A stretch of 64,000 bases of DNA from Eledone cirrhosa (taxonomy: Eukaryota), in contig OZ024741.1 of the NCBI GenBank assembly GCA_964016885.1, positions 200,198,001 through 200,262,000 on the forward strand. Reading direction: 5' to 3'. Under the pieces are notes generated by a model that did no database searches, was not told the origin of the DNA, and was given only the letters and a program-made list of their open reading frames with translations. Shown one piece after another: positions 54,627 through 64,000 of the stretch (the stretch's first letter is position 1; every line of letters starts with the position of its first letter). The position numbers and the translations under genes were made by a program.

Positions 54627-57257
54627 ATTATTATTATTATTATCATCATTAGTATTATTATTATTATTATTACTATTTGGCTCCCTCGGTTGAGCACGCT
54701 ATTGACTTATATTCATCATGCAGAAACAACATCTGAATATTTCTACAAAGAACATACCCGTACCAAGCAGGAAGACATACCTAAAACTCCTGATACAGAA
54801 AACAGACTCGTTCATTAAAAGGTTGCGTTGGCGTGCCTTTTATTTCGATAATCAGGAAAAAGGTGGACAATAAACAGGATAAATTTGGGTTTAAAACTTA
54901 TAATAACCCTCCGAGTAACCCAGCATTGCTACCCTTCGAAAATGATGTTTTGGAACTCATACGGAGTATCAAATTTCGGAATAGGAGCTATTTCTTCCAG
55001 CAGTACCTGAAGAATAGAATTCGTTCTATTAAGGATTCTAACGCCATGCACCTCCACTCCGACAAAACTGGCAATCTATATCAAGTGGAGCGCAGTGCTT
55101 ACCATCAACTGCTACATAATGTTGTAATTAAGGATTACCGTAAAACTAATCGGAGTGTCATTAATGACATCAACGATGCTGGGTTTAAAATCACCTCTGA
55201 TCTCAACATCCAGGACCGGACTGAACCACTGGACCCTATTTCTCCCCACTTTACCCTAAAGGATCACAAATCCAATTTCCCCAACAGCCCCTCTATTCGG
55301 ATTATTAACCCTACGAAGTCCGATTTAAGTAGACTTAGTAAAAGGATTTTAGATAGAATTATACCTGAAATTAGAAGCTTGGCCCCTCTTGCACTGTGGA
55401 ACAATTCTTTCGCGGTGATTGATTGTTTCAACGGCATATGCAACAAGGAACATTGCCGTTTTATCCAATTCGACATCAATAATTACTACTCCTCCATCAC
55501 TTTACCACTTCTTCTTAGAGTTATCAATTTCGCTAAAACACTCACAGTGGTTAAGGATTTCGAAGTTGATGTCATCCTCAATGCCCGTAAGTCGGTGATT
55601 AATTCCGACGACTCTATTTGGATTAAAAAATCTAATAGTACTCCATTCGACGTGAGTATTGGCTCCAGCGATTGTGCGGAGGTTACTGATCTTATCGGCC
55701 TTTTCCTTCTTTTCTCTATCAAGGAAGAATTCCCCAACGTGGGCGGTGGTTTGACCCGTGATGACGGTCTTTTGACCATGACAAAGTGCGGCCCACGTGC
55801 TTGCGACAGGTTCAGAAAAGAACTCACAGCCTTCTTTAAAGGCTTCAACCTCTCCATACAGGTTTAGGCCAACCTCTCGGTCGTTAATTACCTCGACGTT
55901 ACCCTAAATGTATCCAATGGCTTGCACTACCCGTAGAGAAAACCGAATGATACGCTTAATTACATAAGTAAGCATTCTAACCAACCATCCTGCCAGCATA
56001 ACCAAGAACCTGGTAAGAAACGTTTCTTTGTGGCTTCGCCGTCTATCTACAAACGAGCATATTTTCACCGACCATTCCACATATTACAATGAAGCTCTTG
56101 CTCGGAGTGGATTTGTCGATAAGGTAGCATATACAGAGTATGAGAATAGACCCAGGAAAAATAGATCCCGACGCATTATATGGTATAACCCACCATATAA
56201 TATGGAGGTGGCCACACCATTAGCTAAGATATTTCTCTCCCTTATTAAGAAGCATTTCCCCCCAGCACATAAATATAATAACATTTTTAATAGAAATACC
56301 ATTAAAATTTCTTACTCTACGACTCCTAACCTTGCACATAACATCACTGCTTCAAATTTAGCTAAATTACCTAGCCGTAGGAACACGTGCAAGCCTGTAG
56401 CTAGTACTAACTGTAATTGTAGGAATCGGGTAGACTGCCCCCTATCCGGGAAATGCCTCTCCAGTAACATTGTCTACAAATGTAAGGTTGAAACACCCAC
56501 GCCCTGTAAGGCCTACATAGGGTTAACCGCCAATAGATTCAAGCAGCTTCTTTGCATGCATGCCCATTCTTTTCTTAACCCTTTAAGAAGGAATATGACG
56601 TCACATTCAGCTTATATCTGGAGTCTAAAAGACAACCACACCCAATATAGGATACACTGGGAGATCCTAGCTAAAGCTAGATCGTATAACGGAAATAAAA
56701 GACCATGCGACCTCTGCGCCGCTGAAGCTCTGGAAACACTCTACGCCAATGATCACATCTTAAACAAAAAATCTGAGGCAATTTCGGCTTGTAAACATAA
56801 ATTGCATAAAACTTTCCTGTATTACAGCCACACATTATATCCTAACGGATAGTACGAAAAACACGCGGATAATTTACCTCTTGATGTGGTAGCTAAGTAT
56901 ATTTTATGTTTATATCATTACTTATTTTTATAGGTAAGTATATATTACCTGTATGTTCTGTGAAGGTACGTATACTTTCTCGTACGTATATTTGCTTCTA
57001 TTTGTTATAGGTGTATATATTATATTATATAAACTGGTACATGTGTATATGGTTATGTGTATACGTGTATTTTGCGTTTGTGTGGGTATACGGGTTTGCA
57101 CGTATATAGGTGTGTATATGTGTACTTTGTGTTTTTGTTGACGTACGTTTAGCGAACATATGTGTATTTCCCTATAGGTATGTGTGTGCGTGCGTGCTTT
57201 ATATACGTATTTATGTGTGTATATTTATATACGTTTATATAATTATATGTAAACACG

Positions 57258-57294
<37 letters not shown>

Positions 57295-57756
57295 TCTTTT
57301 TTATATATATATTTTGTGTATTTGGTGTATACGTCCGTATGTGTGCGGGTACAGGTGTTGCGCGGGTCTTTCTATGTGTGCGCGTGTTTTTGTGTACATG
57401 CTTGTATATGCATACCATGGCGGGTGTTTTCGCGTACGCATGTGTATGTACGTATATGGATGCGTGTATGTATATATTTAATTATTGTTGATATCAATGA
57501 CCTCTGTAATTTATTTACATTATTCTTAACTCTGAAGCCGAGAATCATTCGGTTTACTAAATAGAATATTAGTCTACGACTTCATTTATACCATAAACGT
57601 GGCATATACGTGTAATTGTTCTTACAGCTCCACATAATGTCGTATTATCTTCGCTTTTTTCTGTTCATTTCCAGGGAACGTCTCCACGAACCAAAGTATT
57701 GTCTTCCTGTTTTCCTTTGGTTGCAACGTTTTTCTAAATATTTACCTCTGCATTCA

Positions 57757-57830
57757 CAGATTGATTTTTTTAGTTTCAGAAGATCCCGTTAAGGGTGAAA
57801 GCAGCAATTCTTTGCTTAAACTTTAATCTG
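57757..57830 (+). ncRNA. Hammerhead ribozyme, extended stem I, U4A core
   Basis: CAGATTGA-(T)n-AGTTT-CAGAAGA-t-CCC gttaa GGG-t-GAAA-GCA..TGC-TT-AAACT-TTAATCTG. Confidence 0.7.
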
Positions 57831-59233
57831 TTATTTTAATAAATATTTGCTCTAGGGTTCTTATATATTTGATATATATTTATCCTTATCGAGCCCTCTT
57901 TGGATTTTAGTCTTCAAATTTATTATTATTACTATTTGGCTCCCTCGGTTGAGCACGCTATTGACTTATATTCATCATGCAGAAACAACATCTGAATATT
58001 TCTACAAAGAACATACCCGTACCAAGCAGGAAGACATACCTAAAACTCCTGATACAGAAAACAGACTCGTTCATTAAAAGGTTGCGTTGGCGTGCCTTTT
58101 ATTTCGATAATCAGCAAAAAAGCGGACAATAAACAGGATAAATTTGGGTTTAAAACTTATATTAACCCTCCGAGTAACCCAGCATTGCTACCCTTCGAAA
58201 ATGGTGTTTTGGAACTCATACGGAGTATCAAATTTCGGAATAGGAGCTATTTCTTCCAGCAGGACCTGAAGAATAGAATTCGTTCTATTAAGGATTCTAA
58301 TGTCGTGCACGTCCATTCCGACAAAACTGGCAATCTATATCAAGTGAAGCGCAGTACTTACCATCAACTGCTACATAATGCTGTAACTAAGGATTACCGT
58401 AAAACTAATCGGAGTGTCATTAATGACATCAACGATGCTGGGTCTAAAATCACCTCTGATCTCAACATCCAGGACCCGACTTGTATTTGTTATAGGTGTA
58501 TATATTATATTATATAAACTGGTACATGTGCATATGGTTATGTGTATAAGTGTATTTTGCGTTTGTGTGTGTATGCGGGTTTGCACGTATGTAGGGTGTG
58601 TATATGCGTACTTTGTGGTTTGGTTGACGTACGTTTAGCGAACATATATGTACTTACCTGTAAGTATGTGTGTGCGTTTGTTATATACGTATTTATGTGT
58701 GTATATTTATATACGTTTATATAATTATATGTATACACGCACACATATATATATTTTTTTCTTTCTTTTTTATATATATATATATTTGGTGTATTTGGTG
58801 TATACGTTCGTATGTGTGCGGGTACAGGTGTTGCGCGGGTTTCTGTATGAGTGCGCGTGTTTTTGTGTACTTACTTGTATATGCATACCATGGCGGGTGT
58901 TTTCGTGTATGCATGTGTATGTACGTATATGGATGCGTGTATGTATATATTTAATTATTGTTGTTTTCCAAAACCTCTGTAATTTATTTACATTATTCTT
59001 AATTCTGAAGCCGAGAATCATTCGGTTTCCTAATAGAATATTAGTCTACGACTTCATTTATACCATAAACGTGGTTTTGTCTTTGCGTGTAATTGTTCTC
59101 ACCGCTCCACATAATGACGTATTATTTTCGCTTTTTTCCGTTCTTTGCCAGGTAACGTCTCCACGAACCAAAGTATCGTCTTCCTTTTTTCCTTTGGTTG
59201 CAACGTTTTTTGAAATATTTACTTCTGCGTTTA

Positions 59234-59309
59234 CAGATTGATTTTTTTTTAGTTTCAGAAGATCCCGTTAAGGGTGAAAGCAGCGATTCTTTGCTCAAAC
59301 TTTAATCTG
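59234..59309 (+). ncRNA. Hammerhead ribozyme, U4A core (tandem copy)
   Basis: Same motif as 57757-57830 with a CUC triplet. Confidence 0.7.
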
Positions 59310-59312
59310 TTA

Positions 59313-59412
<100 letters not shown>

Positions 59413-59419
59413 GACATTA

Positions 59420-59965
59420 TGTTACTCGCATTGGTAGGCCTGATCTTCTGGTACAATTTCTAAGACGATTTCTGTCTATTCTCCTTGGCATAATTGATCA
59501 ATATAGACCCAAGTTTTATCTTTGTTCTCTTGGTTCTTTTTCTCCTTTTCTTTCGACAACTTTTCTTACAAATCCTTGTTCATAGCCTCTCTTTAACAGC
59601 TGTTTCCAAAAGTTGTTTACCAACTGGTCACGTGGAGTTTTAGGCTTTGTGGATATGCTGAGTCTGGGTGGAAGAAGACATCTCTCTTGGCTGGTGTTGG
59701 CCTTTCCCGAAGCTTAGGATGTGGCAAAGTCGGGCAGACGTAGGGAACAATTGATTGTTGGGTGTTGGATGTCGAACTTGATGGTGTTGAGTAGTTCATT
59801 AAATATTTTACATATTTTCACCAACAAGGAGAAAGAAAAGGAGAGAAAGAAACGAAAAGACAAAGATAAAACCTGGGTCAACATTGATCCGCCATGCCAA
59901 GGAGAACAGAGAGAAAATCATCTTATAAACTGTACCAGAAGATCAGGCCTACCAGTGCGAGTAAC
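59420..59965. mobile_element. Degenerate inverted pair, probably PLE-derived
   Basis: About 59420-59560 is a diverged reverse complement of about 59830-59965; weak thumb-like translation (HPKL.., KTWV.I..CQG..CTRRSGLP). Confidence 0.45.
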
Positions 59966-60019
59966 AAGGCGTAGAATGACGTTGAGACAACATCTCACGC
60001 AAAGCATTGAACAAGACGC

Positions 60020-60370
60020 TCGCTACATTCGGAGATGCCCTATCAGACAATACACTACCACGGGACGAAACAACTACAACAATACAAAACCGCAAGACCG
60101 GAACGTCAACAGCCCGTCTGAAGAGTGAGCCCCGCGATGTGGGGGTGGGGGTGGGGGCTGTTGCAGCGGGTGGTGCTGGATATTGTCCGCGGGAATGCTT
60201 TTACGGTCTTGTCCATGGAGTGCAGCCCCAATACCGCCACGCCCTACGCCTAGAGCCCATCACCCTCCACCCTCACCTTCCCATTCTTCTGTGACCCTAA
60301 AGCCTTTGTTTTTCCCTTCATTTTCTGATTTTAAATATCTGTAGTGTTGTTGTTATTTGAAATAGACACT
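60020..60370 (+). mobile_element. CRE-like 3' end fragment
   Basis: Matches 14980-15235 including the 3' UTR. Confidence 0.7.
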
Positions 60371-60835
60371 TGTATTTTTTACAATAAACCCATACAAAAT
60401 CAATATGCCCGAGAAACCATGTAGTGTATGAGCTGAACTGCGCATGCGTAGCCAACCACATCGGTTCCACTAAACGTCAGCTACATCGGTTCCACGAAAC
60501 TCCAACTGCGTATTCGAACATTTAAAAAAAAAGCGACGCTCCGAGTGGAGTGTTTCAACACAAAGAAATATGTGGAAGAAGATTAACCACAAAATACTTG
60601 CGGAGCAAAGAAATACAGCCAACCTAAGAATAACGGAGACATATTTCAATGGGAAGCGGGTGCCTACCCTAAACCGTCGGAGTGACTTGGACACCTACTC
60701 CAACACATACTCCAACAGGTAATAGATTTACAATGCCAGGAATAATCATAATATAATAAAAGGAGGAATACGGGACTGCGTCCTGAATATATTTTTTTAT
60801 CCCGTTAGTAAAATAAGTTGGATTACTTTCAATAA

Positions 60836-61142
60836 ATAATTGTTTCTACTTTTGGCACAAGGCTAGCAATTACCCAGTGTATTACTGGTACTTTATTTTA
60901 TCAACCCCGTAAGGATGAAAGGCAAAGTTAACCTCGGCGGGATTTGAACTTCAATAAATAATTGTTTCTACTTTAGGCACAAGGCCAGTAATTACCCAGT
61001 GCATTACTGATACTTTATTTCATCGACCCCGTAAGGATGAAAGGCAAAGTCAACCTCGGTGGGATTTGAACTCAGATCGTAAAAGGACGTAACTCTATGC
61101 TTCAAAGCATGGCGTCCGACCCTCTACCGATACTGCCAATCC
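60836..61142 (-). mobile_element. Two SINE copies (partial 60836-60950, near-full 60958-61142)
   Basis: Reverse complement of the family sequence. Confidence 0.9.
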
Positions 61143-61984
61143 ATAATGAATGAATACTACATAATTTATGTACTAAGTTTCGTAACTCTTGATTAAATAT
61201 AAATGATTCTATTGCCTATTTCAAGATTCGCTTCTTTTAAAATTTCCAAATGTCAATACTTCCGGTTATGATATAATGGACTCAATATTATAGCGTTCAT
61301 ATATCTGCATCGTTATATAACGTTTATATTTCCGTCAATAAATTTTCCTTTTTCGTTTTCATAATATTTTACCGTAATACAGTTTATATATAATATCGTC
61401 TTTTTTAAATGTATCATGGATTACTTTACTGATTACAGAAGAGGGTGTAACACAGTCTCTCTTCAATTTATGCGCATATTTTCAATTACAATTTTATTTG
61501 ATGTATCATATATACATGCATATATATTTGCGTATAATATCAATATGCACACTACACATGCTAGCAGAAAACTACCCGAAGGGTGGTTTTTCTGCTAGTA
61601 TAGAATAGTGTAGTCTGCTGAAGGATTATAATCCGAAAGCGTTCATTATCAAGTGAACAATACTAACCTAGTAACAAACCGTGTAAACAGTAGCCACGTT
61701 ACCCTGACTATACTAACATTAATCCTATAGCGAGTTTTCATTAGAAACATGGGAATTATAAGTGCAAAGTTACTACCTCCTTGCGAACAACTGACGCTGC
61801 ACACCAGATCCGAACACAGAAGAGTCGAACTCCCACCGTCATCACCTCCATCTCTCTCTATTATGAGCAAATTGGGTCGCACGTGCTGGCCGCCCCATGG
61901 TCCTGATGGACAGAATGGAGAAGGCATTTCACTGGAGGATGGAAAGGGAGATGTTCTGGAAGAGCCATTCCATCTCGCAAGGCT

Positions 61985-62575
61985 CACCTGCGGTTAGCTA
62001 ACTCAGCGCCTATGGTGCTAAGTAGGGAGGTAGCCCTAGGGCCAAGGACACCAGAAGTCTCCACTGCTAGGGGCTCAACGGCAAACCTGTCGGAGAGCGA
62101 CCTATACTTGGAGAGTTTACTCTCCTCAGCGCGAAGTGCAGTAGAACCTGGGTTAGTCGCTGACTGCACCGGGTTGCCACTGGAGAATGTGTCGCTGCAT
62201 GTGGCATCCCAGACAAGGGGTTTAACACCGCGGAACGGGAAGATGATCATACCGACTGGCCTTTTGCCGTCCCCTCGGTGAAGCCCCACCAGCTCGAGTT
62301 GGGAGGGGAAGCCTGCAGCATCCAAGCCATGCTTTATGACCTCGTTGAGGGCAGCATGGCACTATAGCGACAGGAAAGTGGATGGAGGCCGAAAGAGTCT
62401 ACGGTGGATCGGCACGACATGTGTGTGGCTCGCAGATCCAGACGCCAAGCCTCAGGGAAACCCTGATGCGCACGCAGGCTATCATTGTCCGGCGTTGCCT
62501 GGCTCCATGCCTTCTCCAGTGCAAAGTTGTCAACCTCGATACACACTTGTCGAAAGAAACCGCTACCCTTAGCTT
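61985..62575 (-). mobile_element. CRE-like RLE fragment
   Basis: GLHPLSC, DGKRP.G...PF..KPLVWDATCSDT, AEESKLSKY, PLAVETSGVLGP. Confidence 0.82.
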
Positions 62576-63510
62576 TACAGCCTGCAATCTTGATATAGAT
62601 GCGTATTGTTTTCGTTCGTTTGCACGTTACACTTTAGTTAGTTAGAGAGAGAGAGGGAGGTGCAGTGAGTGAGAGGTGGAGTATTTTTCTCCCTCCACAT
62701 AGATAACGTGACGGACGAACAGACAGACAGCGTTCATAGTTTAGTATAGATTATTATTATCTGGAATGCGTTACACCACCGATAGACCGCCTAGCTGTCT
62801 TCTGAGTACCTGCTGGACGCCAGGATTTAGTCCTCTACCTGGAGTGCTTGGAATAAACTGAACATAATGTTCGAGAAATGTTTCCTTTTTTGCAATATAT
62901 GGATATACTCGGTGACATAAACTCTTTCCCGATTTCTGCAGAACTCAAGAGAACTGTTACGTCAGTTTCGTTGGAAGGTCATACCATCACAAACACACAC
63001 ATTGTTACTAACCCTTTAATTAATTAAGTATTTACTTTTAACTAATCATTTACATTAGAATTAGAATCATCTACTTTTCCTAACTTTATACCTTTGATAC
63101 CTTTCACAATTCTTTATAATCTTTATTTTTTTATTATTTTTTACTATTTTTTTTTTTCACTTTACTTAATTTATTTATCGTTATAATAATTTACCTCTGG
63201 TTTCTCATTTTTACAATCCTTTAAATTGTTATATCCTCTGTCCCCTTTAAGCGATTTACCGTTACGCAACGCTGGGTTTCAGTCGGAGCCTGCAGCCACA
63301 AAATATTTAGCATCACTGACTTGTTTGAACGGCAGACAAATGGTTTTGATTAATAGCGTAGCGTTATCTGAGGACAGCATCATTTCTGTCACCACCAGGC
63401 AACCCCCATCCTCTTGGTCATGATAGTAACACTGAATGGCATGTCGTCCCGAATCTAGTCTATTCTCTGTTTATGTTCGCCATACTCCTGTAATTGATTA
63501 CTTAATCTTT

Positions 63511-63599
63511 GTAATTTACACCTGATGACGTCGGTAAAGTCTTATGCCATGATCTGATGATGTAAGCAGGCCATAGAAATACGTATTGTGGTTTTTTAC
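63511..63599 (+). ncRNA. Hammerhead-like motif
   Basis: CAC-CTGATGA-(47 nt incl. CTTATG/TGTAAG)-GAAA-TACGTA-TT-GTG; outer GTAA/TTAC. Confidence 0.55.
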
Positions 63600-63829
63600 A
63601 ATATTCAAAGAATATTTGGAATGCGGCCTTCTGTTGTCTTTGGACTACACACACACACACACACACACACGTACATATATATATATATATATAAAGATAG
63701 ATAGAAAGAGAGTGAGAGTGAGAGGGAGTGAGAAAAATTGACATCGGGTTTATACTTTTCTCTACACCCACTGTGTATCTTCACATGCATTGAGTACTCC
63801 CACTGTTTGTTGTCTCCCTGGTCTCAATT

Positions 63830-63886
<57 letters not shown>

Positions 63887-64000
63887 TCTCTCCATCTCTC
63901 TCTCTCACTCACTCACTCTCTCTCTCTCATTCACTCACTCTCTCACTCTCACTCTCTCTCACTCTCTCTCTCTCTCTCTCTTTATATATATATAATATAT

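Noticed and set aside
61612-61650. CTGAA-GGATTATAATCC-GAAA hammerhead-like motif
   Set aside because: Core lacks G8A9 and stem I does not pair
63368-63465. CTGAGGA...GAAT-CTAG-TC motif
   Set aside because: GAAA is mutated and stem I is unconvincing; at best a decayed HHR

Overview
AT-rich, microsatellite-dense eukaryotic DNA with no recognisable host gene. The abundant tRNA-headed SINE resembles octopod cephalopod SINEs, so an octopod source is inferred but not verified. The window is almost entirely retroelement-derived. It holds about 10 Penelope-like element (PLE) copies or fragments, four of them Naiad-like with a CxC-x5-C-x5-C linker, plus six R4/Dong-like copies, two L1/Tx1-like LINEs, CRE-like and RTE fragments, SINEs and one hAT MITE. 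Reading the non-coding DNA by eye gave 21 type-I hammerhead ribozyme (HHR) motifs in about 14 sequence families. Many have palindromic stem III, long stem II insertions or variant cores (U3-A8 covariation, U4A, U4C). Four leads stand out: (1) an ORF-less 434-nt HHR-to-HHR retrozyme-like unit (9757-10597) predicted to yield a circular RNA; (2) a PLE whose 448-aa ORF1 joins the RT frame by a correctly phased U_UUU_UUA -1 slippery site; (3) a 14-kb stack of Dong-like and Tx1-like elements nested in (TAA)n between two inverted copies of a Naiad 5' region; (4) fold-back and reiterated junctions at PLE ends. All structures were read manually, with no folding, alignment or database search. Most short ORFs in the track are microsatellite artefacts.
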